Virus record (IMG/VR): IMGVR_UViG_3300025853_000044
Location: 1-64,000 of that record
DNA: 64,000 bases
Direction: 5' to 3' (one strand)
Origin: a virus
The notes under the pieces were generated by a model that was not told the DNA's origin, did no database searches, and saw nothing but the letters and a program-made list of their open reading frames with translations. Both the position numbers and the translations under genes were made by a program. This document shows positions 9,199 to 19,999 of the stretch, one piece after another; positions within the stretch are counted from its first letter, which is position 1, and each line of letters starts with the position of its first letter.

Positions 9199-11774
9199 GA
9201 CACATGAACACCACAACAATCCACAGAATGATACGAGTCTTCACGGGCTACGGCAAGCCGGACATCAAGGATGATGTCGGGCCGAACAAAGCCGACTGGC
9301 CTTTCTTCCACAGGGTCGCAAGCCAAGATGATATGCAAGACCACCAACTGCTGGAAGCCGCCGAGCGATTCCACAAGTACCGCAACACACAACTGCCATC
9401 CATCATGCGTGATGCTGGACTCATCAGCAAAGCAAACCAAGTGGAGTCCTACCTTGACAAGATGAAGGTGCGAGGCACCGAGGCTAAGGTTGAGTACGAA
9501 GCACAGCAAGCCATCATCAGTGAACGCAATCGGGCACAAGCGCAAGCAAGGCTGATGGTCACCATGCGACTGAACCACCGTGATGAACCGATTGACGATG
9601 AAACGATTGATGCGTACATGGGTGCGTATGACTGTGAGCGTGATGAAGCCATGTCCCTCATTGAACAACGAGTGGCTGAATGGAAACCACCGGCCAGCAA
9701 GGTCGTGTCCTTCTCCAATGTGGATGACACATGGACAAACCGATGGGGCAAACAATTCACCAGCAAACGAATCGCACTTGACTACACATACAACCCTGAC
9801 CTCAACAACGCACTCAAGAATGCACTCGGCTTCCCTGCTGTCAAGTGGGACGGCAAGAAGAAGAAGTGGACACTGCAAGACGACGCTGATGTTCTCGCCA
9901 AGGCGAAGGACATCATGGTTGAGCAGGGCATGTTCTTCAACGAGTTATCCCTTGAGCGACTTGAGGTATCGGCACCGAAGGAGAAGTCTATAGAACGCAA
10001 GACTACGGAGTTGTCTGCTCGCCTTGTTGGTAAGTCAAGCATTGAGATGGAGTGGCCATACATTGGTGATGAGTTCATCCGTGGTCAGTTGTTGAATGTG
10101 GTCAAGGCTACACAAGGTCGCAAGTTCAACCCAAGCAACAAGACTTGGAGTGTGAGTGTAGGAGAAGCGGCACCACTGATTGACCGCTTGCGTAAGCATG
10201 ATGAGAATGATTGGTGCTTACGCTTAGCCGACGCACTGCAAGCCATACCTGAGATTGAGACTTACATGACTGAGCGTGCGGAGCGTATCGCTATCAGCGG
10301 TGCGGCATCCCTTGACCAAGAGATGATAGTCGCCCAGTTGCAGGAAGATTTGAGCAAGCACTTTCCCGTGGGCCGTGAACTTTATCCGTTCCAATATGTG
10401 GGTGTTCACTTCGCTCAACTCGCTGGTGGGCGTTGCCTCATCGGTGATGACATGGGCGTGGGTAAGACCATCCAAGCCCTTGCACACATCGCACTCAATG
10501 AAGAGCAACTACCCGCACTCGTCGTATGTCCTGCCTCAGTCAAATACAACTGGGCCAAAGAATGCAGGGCGTGGTTGCCTAACATGACCGTTGAGGTATT
10601 GGAAGGTCGCAAGGGTGTGATTCCCGATGCTGACATCATCGTGTGCAACTACGACATCATCAGTGGGCGCAAGGATTCACTGCTTGACTACGGCTTCAAC
10701 ATCGTGGTGTGCGACGAGAGCCACTACTTGAAGAACATCAAGGCGAAGCGTACTGCTTCCACCCTTGAGGTAGCCAGCGAGTCCGAGTCTGTCCTGTGTC
10801 TTTCGGGCACAGCCGTGACCAACCGACCAAGCGAGTTCTTCACCACACTCAACCTCCTTCGTCCCAACGAGTTCCCATCCTTTTTCCCCTACGGCCAACG
10901 CTACTGCGACGGACAGAACAACGGGTGGGGGTGGGACTTCACCGGAGCCAGCAACACCGATGAGTTGCACGCTCGCACACGGGACTTCTGTATTCGTCGC
11001 CTCAAGCAAGAGGTCTTGACTGAACTGCCCGACAAGGTGCGTACCATCATGGACATTCAACCAAGCAGGGCTGACCTCAAACGATACAGCGACCTCCATC
11101 GTTCATGGATGGATGAGTACGAGATGTATCAAAACCGACCTCCTCTACCTGCTGGCTTTGTTCTCAATATGCTCACTGCCTTACGACACGAGTGTGGACT
11201 CATCAAGATTCCATCAACCGTGGCTTACATCAAAGAGCACTACGACATCACGGACGGCAAACCGTTGGTTGTCTTTGCTCACCATACCGATGTATTGAAA
11301 GGCTGTGTTGATGCACTGCGAGCCGACAAAGACCGCAACTGGCGCATCGGTGGTATCACCGGAGACATGCCCGCACAGAAGAGGCAATCCAATGTTGAAG
11401 CATTCCAAGCAGGGCACATTGATGTCCTGTTCTGTTCTACCGTTGCCGCCAAGGAAGGTATCACTCTCACTGCCGCTAACACTGCGGTGTTCGTGGAGCG
11501 TGAGTGGGTGCCCGGATGGGAAGAACAGGCTGAGGACAGGGTGTACCGCATCGGTCAAGAGAGCGATTCAGTCCACGCCGTTTACCTCTCGGTGGCTCGC
11601 ACCATTGACGAGAAGTTCAACCAAGTGATTGAAGAGAAGCGCAAGGTCGTGAAGGCCGTGCTGGATGGCGGCGACCTCAACGAGCGTGAAGGCATCGCCA
11701 ACGCACTGATTCAGTCCATGATTGACAGTGGCGACCTGCCAGCGAACTTTGGAAAGATGAAGGTGAAAGCATGA
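9195..11774 (+). CDS. SNF2-family ATPase, SMARCAL1/HARP-like annealing helicase
   Basis: GDDMGVGKT, DESH, LSGT, QAEDRVYRIGQ; two upstream HARP-like segments (YNPDLNNALK..VKWDGKKKKW; VKATQGRKFNPSNKTW). Confidence 0.9.
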   Translation: MRHMNTTTIHRMIRVFTGYGKPDIKDDVGPNKADWPFFHRVASQDDMQDHQLLEAAERFHKYRNTQLPSIMRDAGLISKANQVESYLDKMKVRGTEAKVEYEAQQAIISERNRAQAQARLMVTMRLNHRDEPIDDETIDAYMGAYDCERDEAMSLIEQRVAEWKPPASKVVSFSNVDDTWTNRWGKQFTSKRIALDYTYNPDLNNALKNALGFPAVKWDGKKKKWTLQDDADVLAKAKDIMVEQGMFFNELSLERLEVSAPKEKSIERKTTELSARLVGKSSIEMEWPYIGDEFIRGQLLNVVKATQGRKFNPSNKTWSVSVGEAAPLIDRLRKHDENDWCLRLADALQAIPEIETYMTERAERIAISGAASLDQEMIVAQLQEDLSKHFPVGRELYPFQYVGVHFAQLAGGRCLIGDDMGVGKTIQALAHIALNEEQLPALVVCPASVKYNWAKECRAWLPNMTVEVLEGRKGVIPDADIIVCNYDIISGRKDSLLDYGFNIVVCDESHYLKNIKAKRTASTLEVASESESVLCLSGTAVTNRPSEFFTTLNLLRPNEFPSFFPYGQRYCDGQNNGWGWDFTGASNTDELHARTRDFCIRRLKQEVLTELPDKVRTIMDIQPSRADLKRYSDLHRSWMDEYEMYQNRPPLPAGFVLNMLTALRHECGLIKIPSTVAYIKEHYDITDGKPLVVFAHHTDVLKGCVDALRADKDRNWRIGGITGDMPAQKRQSNVEAFQAGHIDVLFCSTVAAKEGITLTAANTAVFVEREWVPGWEEQAEDRVYRIGQESDSVHAVYLSVARTIDEKFNQVIEEKRKVVKAVLDGGDLNEREGIANALIQSMIDSGDLPANFGKMKVKA

Positions 11775-11911
11775 GAGAAGAATTACGAGTGCGTCTTGAG
11801 GCTGAATACTTTGACAACCCCCAATGCACCTGCGATAAGTGCGATACGAAGTTTCGCTTCTTACATAGCAAGTATGGTTGTGTTGCGTGCAATCCCGAAG
11901 AGAACGATTGA
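11771..11911 (+). CDS. 46-aa Zn-finger-like protein (CDKC...CVAC)
   Basis: Hand-translated; ATGA overlap with the helicase; AGGTGA SD. Confidence 0.55.
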   Translation: MREELRVRLEAEYFDNPQCTCDKCDTKFRFLHSKYGCVACNPEEND

Positions 11912-11923
11912 TTTCAATTGAAC

Positions 11924-11944
11924 AGTATTTAAATCAGCAAAGAA
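11924..11944 (+). promoter_or_regulatory. Early promoter motif copy 4 (AGTATTTAAATCAGCAAAGAA)
   Basis: Intergenic, upstream of ATG 11960. Confidence 0.85.
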
Positions 11945-11959
11945 AGAGAGGATGATAAC

Positions 11960-12570
11960 ATGGTAAAGAAAACATACATCATACAAGAGCATGAACGAAA
12001 CGGTTTCACTATGGACACCAAGGTGTACGGTTCCAAAGCGAGAGCCATCAAAGCCTTCACCGAGGCGGTGAATCACCGAATCGCATATGACTATTTCAAG
12101 AACGCTGGACTCGCCCGAAATGACAAAGAGTTCTTTGAGGCTGAAAGGAAATTGAAAGAGTGGAATGACTGGTACAATGTACACACCACACACCATACCA
12201 TCGTCACCCGACCATACGATGAGAAGAAATGGTGGGCTGTGTTGCTCAAGGAATCAGCCGTCGCTCTTGAGTTCGGTGATGCAACCGAAGGAAAAACAGG
12301 TGGATATGTACACTTTCAACTCACAGAAGAATGTTCGGGAGAATACGACACTGTGGAATCAATCACACTTGAAGAGGTGGAACTACAATGAGCATGGAGA
12401 ATAAAATAATTGAATGGATGAGCAAGGACAAGAACTTCGTCAAGTGGAATGGCTACAGCGACGGCATTGGGTGGTACGCATGTGTACCCATGACTGTACT
12501 GGCATCATCACTTGGCTTGAGCGTACTTGAACTTGAAGATGCAATTCGCTACAACAGCAAGGAGGAATGA
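11960..12570 (+). CDS. Two hypothetical genes (11960-12391, 12388-12570)
   Basis: ORF track; ATGA overlap. Confidence 0.7.
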
Positions 12571-12810
12571 ACATGACAAAGAAATGGAAAACACGAACAG
12601 TAAGCAGAACATACCAAGGCCGACCCATGCGGGAGGTAGAACGAATGAGTCTCAAGGAGAGGCACCGCCGTCACCGGCTGGCCCATCCCAATGACTTGAC
12701 CATGGCGGTGAAAGAATGTACCGAATGACACCACAAGGCTTGGCCCGTCATGTCATGACGATTGAGAACGAGGCTACAGGTGTAGTTGAAGTCATCTTGG
12801 AGTTGGTTGA

Positions 12811-14368
12811 ATGATTTATTCTGTAAAGCAGACGCAACTTGACCGAATGGTGGAGGACATCAAAGCGTTAGGGCTGGACAAAGTACCCGTTTACCACTAC
12901 AGCACAGACTTCACGAAGGGGCACACTCTAACCGTCTATGATGACAACCGTGGCGAAGATGTAGCGATTGGAACCATCAAAGACTTTTGGCTTCCCGAAT
13001 TGTTTTCTTCAGCACCCGAACTTGCTTTGGAAGTCCAGTGGTTGCGTAAAGAGTTGAGCAAGTACAAAAGCATAGATTGGCAGAAACAAATTGAACTGGG
13101 GAGTGATGAAGAATGATTGACACAGACAAATACGAAGGACACACAGAAGGACTGTGGGAATACGACAGTGCTACTATTCATGCTACTGCTAAAGGTGGTA
13201 ATGAAATCATAGCAGAATATCCTTGTTGGAATTACAACAAAGACCAACTGATAACCAAAGAGGAAGAGGCTAACCTACGACTCATGGCAGACGCACCACT
13301 TCTCTTAGCAGAAGTCCAGCGGTTGCGTGAAGCACTCATCAATGTTCAACGCTCACTCATATGGGATGAGAAAGATAGGGCGATGGATGGCGACCCCATT
13401 ACACTTGAAGCACTTGTCGCTCAAGTTGAGCAAGTGCGAAGCGACATAACGGAGATGATTGAATGATTGACACAGACAAATACGAAGAGACAGACCACCC
13501 CGAACTTATAGAGTTTGAAGGTGAAACATTAGGAGATACGCTAACAAACCTGCTCACAGAAGTCAAGCGGTTGCGTGGGAGACTACGAGATGCTGAGGAC
13601 TTGTTAGAGAACTGTGGCTACTGTCGTGAATGCTTTTGGGATAAAGAAAGTATCAGCGATGTTGCGGTGCAATTAACAGAACCTGTTTGGCCTAATGATT
13701 GCACACCGTTATGCGAGTCATGTATGGAAGACTTCAAGGAGATGTTTGAATGACGGAAGAAGAACTGGAAGAATGGAAGAATGAAAGCATTGACACAGAC
13801 GAATACGAAGGACACTCAACCGAATACACTTATGAGATATTGGATGTGGATGATGGAAAAGAACTGTTTGCTACTTATGCACTACTGAATGACGCACCAC
13901 TTCTCCTCGCAGAAGTCAAGCGGTTGCGTCGTGTCATTGAGGACATTGAATCAATGATACCCGACAACCACGAAGAGGTAAGTCCTATCTTGAGCGACAT
14001 CCTTAGCGAATGCCACAGGATGCTACCCATGTTCAACGAGGTGAGCGAATGATTGACACAGACAAATACGAAGGGCACATTGAGAACATTGGGCGTTGGC
14101 AAATGTTCGCAAACACTCTCCCCCGATGGGCGGAAGATGCAGACAGGAAACTCGTAGCAGACGCACCACTTCTCCTTGAAGAAGTCAAGCAGTTGCGTGA
14201 AGCGATTGCTGATATTGCTAACAACATGGAGGCGGCAGACCCGTCATACTTGCAGGGATTTATTAGAGATTTACTTGAGGTGATTGAATGATTGACACCA
14301 ACGCACACAACCTCAAAATCAAAATTGAAACAGACGAGTACATTTACTGGGAATACTTGGAGGCATGA
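12811..14368 (+). repeat. Tandem array of paralogous small genes (12811-13116, 13113-13466, 13463-13753, 13750-14052, 14049-14291, 14288-14368) sharing blocks MIDTDKYEG and DAPLLLAEV[KQ]RLR
   Basis: Block A GAATGATTGACACAGACAAATACGAAG is exact at 13111, 13461 and 14047, variant at about 13789 and 14286. Block B (GACGCACCACTTCTC...)GAAGTC[AC]AGCGGTTGCGT at about 13030, 13290, 13557, 13891, 14160. Confidence 0.9.
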
Positions 14369-14743
14369 ACATGGCAGACACAAAGAAGGACATACTGGAA
14401 TGGGTGAAAGAGCGACTGGCATCCGTACCCGACGACGCAGAAATGACAGTGCGGGTTGAACTCGCATACTACGACGAAGAGAATGCAAGGATGGTAGAAG
14501 TATGAAGAAGATGGATGAGAGAAACCTGCGCCTCTTGAATGAGGCGACTGTGATAGGTGAGTATTTCAGCGCACGACAGGCGTTGGAGAAGTTGATGAAT
14601 ATCCTCATTACAAAGAAGCAAAGCACGAAGTATGTACCTCATGCGAACAGGCTCTCCCACATCCTACGACTATCCAACCACTACAAGGTACATGAGAAGA
14701 ATGCAACACGAAGTCACACAATGTACGAGAGAATCAATTGAAG

Positions 14744-14764
14744 AGTATATAAATCAGCAAAGAA
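14744..14764 (+). promoter_or_regulatory. Early promoter motif copy 5 (AGTATATAAATCAGCAAAGAA)
   Basis: Starts 28 nt before ATG 14772. Confidence 0.85.
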
Positions 14765-14771
14765 AGAAGAG

Positions 14772-15326
14772 ATGAGAAACATGACGAAGACAAAGCGAGA
14801 TAAGAACGAAGGCAAGACGGCGTTTGCGGCAAGGGTGGTTTCCCTGTACGGTGATTACATCAGTGCAAAGGACGCATGGGAACGACTGGTGGACAAGCGA
14901 GGTATAGGTGTGAAGGATTGGCAACGATTCCAATCTAACCTCAGTGATGCTGTGCGTATGGGCTTGCTTGACAAGAAACGAGGTGAAGACATGAAGGGTA
15001 AGAGCCGTGTGCTGTACGGCCCGATGATTTCACCTGTGGTTTACAGTGTGAAGCATGAGGAGGATGCGATGACATCCTTTGAGTCCGAGAACTTCAAAGG
15101 CGAACTTGCGACCGAGGTAGTGGACGCAGTGCAACGACCCAACCGACCATCCATCAACGACATCCCCCTTGGCGACATCCTATCCTACAATCATGTGGAG
15201 CGTGATGACATCATGAGCGTGATTGAAGACCTACTCTACGACACACCCCTTGGTGAGTTGCGACAGCGATACCCTACCCTTGAGGACTTAGCGTGGAGCG
15301 TTGCACTTGATGGAGGTGAGCAGTGA
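14772..15326 (+). CDS. Hypothetical protein, possible N-terminal winged-helix
   Basis: Helix pattern ending in NLSDAVRMGLLDKKRG...VLYG; weak. Confidence 0.6.
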   Translation: MRNMTKTKRDKNEGKTAFAARVVSLYGDYISAKDAWERLVDKRGIGVKDWQRFQSNLSDAVRMGLLDKKRGEDMKGKSRVLYGPMISPVVYSVKHEEDAMTSFESENFKGELATEVVDAVQRPNRPSINDIPLGDILSYNHVERDDIMSVIEDLLYDTPLGELRQRYPTLEDLAWSVALDGGEQ

Positions 15327-16585
15327 TGCACTTTACCGGCTACCGTGACCCCGAAGTGTGGGCTGAACTTGGAGTGGTTGGCGAAAGCCTTTCATTCACA
15401 ACTGACGAAACCGTGACCAAGTTAGGAATTGGTTACATCAAGAACTGTAGTGTAGAGTGTGCCATGGACACGGCTGTTCGTTTCACCCTGCTCAACGCAG
15501 GTGAGAACGGTGAAATCAACGCCAAGCAAATGCTCAATCAACACACCCGACTGGCCGCACTCATTGAGACTGGCCTTGTGGCTGATGGTTGGTACATGGA
15601 TAACGATGACGAGAAGCAAAAAGGATGGGTCTTCCACGAAGATGGTATTCGCCTTCATTGGAATCGTATATCTTCTCGCTGGTCACACGATAACTCTCAC
15701 TTTGGTGGTCATATGATTGGCGCAACAGAACTGTGGCAATACGACACTGGATGGAGTGGGCGTTCTTGGACACTACGAGGCGACGGCGCAAGTTTCCGAA
15801 GAGATTACAAGAAGTTGTGGGAGAGTGAAGACGGTTTCTACCCTATCCCATTGGTGGGCAATGAGCGTACAGCAGTGAACATGCTTGAGGACAAAGAGGT
15901 ACTGAAGTGCATCAACAAATCTCTCAACCGTATGACCAAGAGTGGTAAGGCTGTCCAAGTCACGCAAGGTCGGGGCCGCACCTTCCGTTGGAACAAGTGG
16001 GGCTGGCTTGATGATTACCGACAGAAGCACCTCGTCACGATGGCGAAGCAACGCAAGTTGGGTGATGTGGTCAATGGGTGGGAGTTCACCAAAGGGAAGG
16101 TCACCAACATGTACGGTGTGGAGATTTGCGACCATGAGTGGCACCCTGTCTCTCCTGTCTCATACTTCACGGTGGAGCAAACCATCCCGTCTATCTCACA
16201 AGACCGATACGGGAGATACGACCATGATACAAATCGTTGGGTTCCAACATTGAACATTCAATGGCTCAACGCTCGCCTCCCTTACTTCTTCATGGATGAA
16301 GGTGAAGCGCAGGAAATTGTTGATGAACTTAACAGCCACTCTTACCCACGCAAGGGCATGGGTATTCGTTTCAACGGTGAACTTCTCACTCCAACCCACG
16401 AGGTTGTAGAAGTATCAGCACCAATGATTGTTCGTGGTGATGCAGTGATTGAAGACTACATGCACCCCGAAGAGATGTACAAGCGTATTCAACTGAGTAG
16501 CCCCGACATCAGCAAAGAATTGAATGCTCTACTGAAAAATACAATTGGTAAGCACTACGGAAGTATCACAGAAAAGGAGGAATGA
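15323..16585 (+). CDS. Hypothetical protein (420 aa)
   Basis: Long coupled ORF with GGAGGTGA SD. Confidence 0.8.
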   Translation: MMHFTGYRDPEVWAELGVVGESLSFTTDETVTKLGIGYIKNCSVECAMDTAVRFTLLNAGENGEINAKQMLNQHTRLAALIETGLVADGWYMDNDDEKQKGWVFHEDGIRLHWNRISSRWSHDNSHFGGHMIGATELWQYDTGWSGRSWTLRGDGASFRRDYKKLWESEDGFYPIPLVGNERTAVNMLEDKEVLKCINKSLNRMTKSGKAVQVTQGRGRTFRWNKWGWLDDYRQKHLVTMAKQRKLGDVVNGWEFTKGKVTNMYGVEICDHEWHPVSPVSYFTVEQTIPSISQDRYGRYDHDTNRWVPTLNIQWLNARLPYFFMDEGEAQEIVDELNSHSYPRKGMGIRFNGELLTPTHEVVEVSAPMIVRGDAVIEDYMHPEEMYKRIQLSSPDISKELNALLKNTIGKHYGSITEKEE

Positions 16586-18500
16586 ACATGGAAAAAGGAA
16601 TGACACAAGAAGAAAAAGAACAATGGAAAAAAGTAATGAAGATTGAAAACGACAAGCCGCTTATTCAAGTGAGGCGAACTACTGGGACAAACCTGCTTCA
16701 CCTACAGGTGTTTGGTGAGAACGCTTCGGAGTTGAGCAACCGTCCATACGGATACGCTGACAAGTTCAGTGTCCCACCCGTGGTCACTGCTTCAGTAGCA
16801 ACGGTGGAAGCACCTTACCCTTCTTTCGCATCAGCGCAAGAAATCTACATTCGGGACATCGCCACCGTTCACGGCTACGCTGACGGCGTGCAGTTGCACA
16901 TCACCGCCCCGTCCACTGAATGGAACGCACCCCATGGCTTTGTCCTTGACCTACCTGCTCTACGGTTCTCGGAGTTCATCGCCTTCGTTGAGGCGGTTGG
17001 TTTGCTGACCAATCATGAAGGCGAGCAACGCTTTGTTGCACCATTACAGGAGGAAGAGTGAATGGGTGACGCTTCCAAGGTTGACAAACTCACTCTCATT
17101 CGTGCCATCCTTTCGGACTACGACATTCGTGATTTACTTCGCAGTGTGTCCGAAGACGAGCGTAACTTTGAGGAGCGAGCATTGGTGAAGATTTGGCAGG
17201 TGGTGAAGGAATGACTTGGCTTGAGCAATTGAATACCCTTCAATCAAAACTGGTGGATGCCAGTCCCATTGATGTGAGCAACGAACTGTTTGATGCAGTG
17301 AACTTGTTCCAAGACGCATACAGCGAGGTGGCTCAACGGGCTACTGAGAGCCTACACATCAGTCCATACTGGGCTGAGGCTGGTCGTTTGATGCCACCGT
17401 TCAACTCGGAGATGGTAGTGTACCTTGCCGTGCGGGACATCGCTAAGATGTATGGTGTTCCCATGACATGGATTTACCTCCTCCCCTTCAAGATTCAAAT
17501 TGACAATGCGGCACGCTCGGTTATTTTCATCAGTGAACAAATCATGTATGTGAACAAGGAAGGCTACGCCACACCTACGACACTGATGGCTTGGCATGAT
17601 GGGAAGAAAGCGGGGCTGATTGATGAGGACGATGAGTTGTTGTTCGCTCAAAGCGACTTCACGAAAGACTACACGGCCAACGCTAATCAAACGCTTGAGG
17701 ACATGGCGAAGTCCATGGGTGCATCCAAGGAGCAGGTTCAACAGATGATGTCGTCCACGCACATTGAGGCACCATTCCCGCACGAGAATGATGATAGTCC
17801 TTGGGGGGATGTGTGATGACTCCCATTGACATCAACACACTCACCAAATTGGCTTTTAATGCCCACATGCACGGTGGTGGCGACATTACGCTTGAAGACC
17901 TTGCGATGCGGGACTGGGACACCAAAGAACATATCGCTGAAATTATGAAGCAAGTAAATGCTTACATCGGTGTGTGGGAAGACACTCTCATGAACATACA
18001 CGATGCACTCAACGAATTGCGAGACAGGGAGATGAGTGAATGAAAGGACGACTTGAGATTGGACAGAACAAGTGGCTGATGCTTGAACAAGTGGTGGGCG
18101 AGTGGTTTCAAATCACCGAGTCCCACCGATGTACCGAGGTTGAGGTTGGCGAGATGGGGCGGCAGATGACCCGTGGTTGGTCGTTCTATAGAACGCTGGA
18201 CACACCCACACCTACACATACCTATCCTCCCGCAGTGCGCTTTGTTTTGATTGCTGATGAAACGGATGGTGAAGAAGAATGATGCCCGAAGACTACATAC
18301 AGAATCATATTGAAATTGAAACCCCACACTTGCGTGAAACGGGAATGACCCGATACGAACAATGTTGGGAAGCGTTGATGGAGCAGATGCATAAGCATGC
18401 CAAGACTATTCATGGCGGAGGTTGGCCTATCTTTGTGCTTGAACGAATGCGTTTAATTGAAGATGAGGTTTGTGGAAAAATGGATGGTGAAGAAGAATAA
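16582..18500 (+). CDS. Chain of small hypothetical genes (16582-17061, about 17211-17816, about 17813-18043, 18040-18282, 18279-18500 and a short ORF between)
   Basis: Coupled starts and stops with SD sites; acidic C-termini. Confidence 0.7.
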
Positions 18501-18531
18501 CCGTTAAACAAAATGACCCCATGCGATAACC

Positions 18532-19182
18532 ATGTCACCTTTTGAACAAGCGTTTGACTACCTGCGGCAGAACAGGCCGCAGGGACGCTTCATGGGTGGC
18601 AGTACAGGGGCACGAGGCTACGACCTACCGATGGGACGATTCGTTGGTAAGCGTGGCGACAGCCCACAACACATTCAAAATGAATACGACATGAACAGGT
18701 ACCTCAACGAACTGGGTGTACCCGTACCACAAGCACAGATGCAAGACGGACTCATGCTGACACAAATGGAGGAGGGACAACGATTGGGCTTCAATCCATC
18801 AGCAAGAGATGTTCGCCAGTTGCGTAGGGACTTCGTTCCCCACGCCACGATTGCGAACTGGGACATGCTCGGCTTAGACCGAGACAATGTTATTCGCCGT
18901 CCCGATGGAACGCTCTCCTATGTTGATGTAGGAGGCGCAGGGGCGTTCCGTGCCCAAGGCGCACCGAAGGGTGGGGCATTCGGCTCCACGGTTGGCGAAC
19001 TTGACACGCTACGAGATAAGAATCCCGAACTGGCAGGTATCAGCGAGGCTGACCTTGGCCGTTCTTACGACGCATACGGAGGCGAGGATGCCATGACCCA
19101 AGCACTTGATGTGCTGAGGCAACCCGACACCCGCCGTATCATGCAACAACGCGTACAGGATGTTGCACGACGAGTTGCTTGA
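18532..19182 (+). CDS. Atypical kinase (HipA / PI3-PI4-kinase-like fold)
   Basis: GGSTGA Gly-loop, FVGK Lys, NE alphaC Glu, NWDMLG..DN catalytic loop, YVDVG (DFG equivalent). Confidence 0.7.
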   Translation: MSPFEQAFDYLRQNRPQGRFMGGSTGARGYDLPMGRFVGKRGDSPQHIQNEYDMNRYLNELGVPVPQAQMQDGLMLTQMEEGQRLGFNPSARDVRQLRRDFVPHATIANWDMLGLDRDNVIRRPDGTLSYVDVGGAGAFRAQGAPKGGAFGSTVGELDTLRDKNPELAGISEADLGRSYDAYGGEDAMTQALDVLRQPDTRRIMQQRVQDVARRVA

Positions 19183-19194
19183 AATTATTTCAGC

Positions 19195-19215
19195 AGTATA
19201 TAAATCGGCAAAGAA
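19195..19215 (+). promoter_or_regulatory. Early promoter motif copy 6 (AGTATATAAATCGGCAAAGAA)
   Basis: Intergenic, directly after the kinase. Confidence 0.85.
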
Positions 19216-19246
19216 TGAATGGTTAGCGAAAGCAAGGTGATTAAAC

Positions 19247-19999
19247 ATGAAAGAAAATTGGAAGCAATGGACACGAGGAGATGGCTACATCTACCTCAAG
19301 AGCGATGAAGACCACGAGAAGCGCAAGGTGAAAGCCCTTGCCTCACAGGGGGGAGTTGCCAAGGGCGAGAGCATCGCACTGGCAAAGAACAGTCAAGCGA
19401 TTTACTGCGGCAAGTGCTACCAGTACACCTACCACACTTACTCGGTAGGAGAAGACATCAGTGCTGACTATGGCGACTACGAGAACATGACGATGAGGGA
19501 CGGGGTTGCGGTGACTGGCGACGGCAAGGAGATTCCAAAGGAACTGTGCGCTAATTGCGGCGACTTCCATCCTGTCACCTCGTGGGCAGGGCCAACTCGC
19601 TTTGAGTTGTCATGGCTTGACCTACCTGAAAAGGTGAAGGCGTTAGAGTGGTTCTACAACGAACACAGCGAAGACGATGTTCTCTATCGCTACGAAGTAC
19701 GGTGGGAGCGTGAGGGTATGCACCACAATGCACAAAAGTTTCACTGCTTGATGCGATACCAGCGCAGTGAGAATGGATGGTACCCCGACCAATACTCTTC
19801 AAAACTCCTCTTCCTCGGTCATGACTACGCCGATGCTCAGTACACTGTACACTCTTACATTCGTACCCTATTGGATTTGGGTACCATCACTGAACCGGAG
19901 TTTGAATATCAACTCAAAAAGTTCCGTGCCAAGCGGGACGAATTGTACGGTGAGGACGGGCGTATCATTGGTATGCCCTTCCCCGGAGAGGAGGAATGA
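19247..19999 (+). CDS. Hypothetical protein with CxxC...CxxC Zn site
   Basis: CGKC and CANC; AAGGTGA SD. Confidence 0.75.
   Translation: MKENWKQWTRGDGYIYLKSDEDHEKRKVKALASQGGVAKGESIALAKNSQAIYCGKCYQYTYHTYSVGEDISADYGDYENMTMRDGVAVTGDGKEIPKELCANCGDFHPVTSWAGPTRFELSWLDLPEKVKALEWFYNEHSEDDVLYRYEVRWEREGMHHNAQKFHCLMRYQRSENGWYPDQYSSKLLFLGHDYADAQYTVHSYIRTLLDLGTITEPEFEYQLKKFRAKRDELYGEDGRIIGMPFPGEEE

Noticed and set aside
13111-14300. CRISPR array
   Set aside because: The repeats are two alternating in-frame coding blocks with irregular spacing of tens to hundreds of nt, are not palindromic, and no cas1/cas2 is present.
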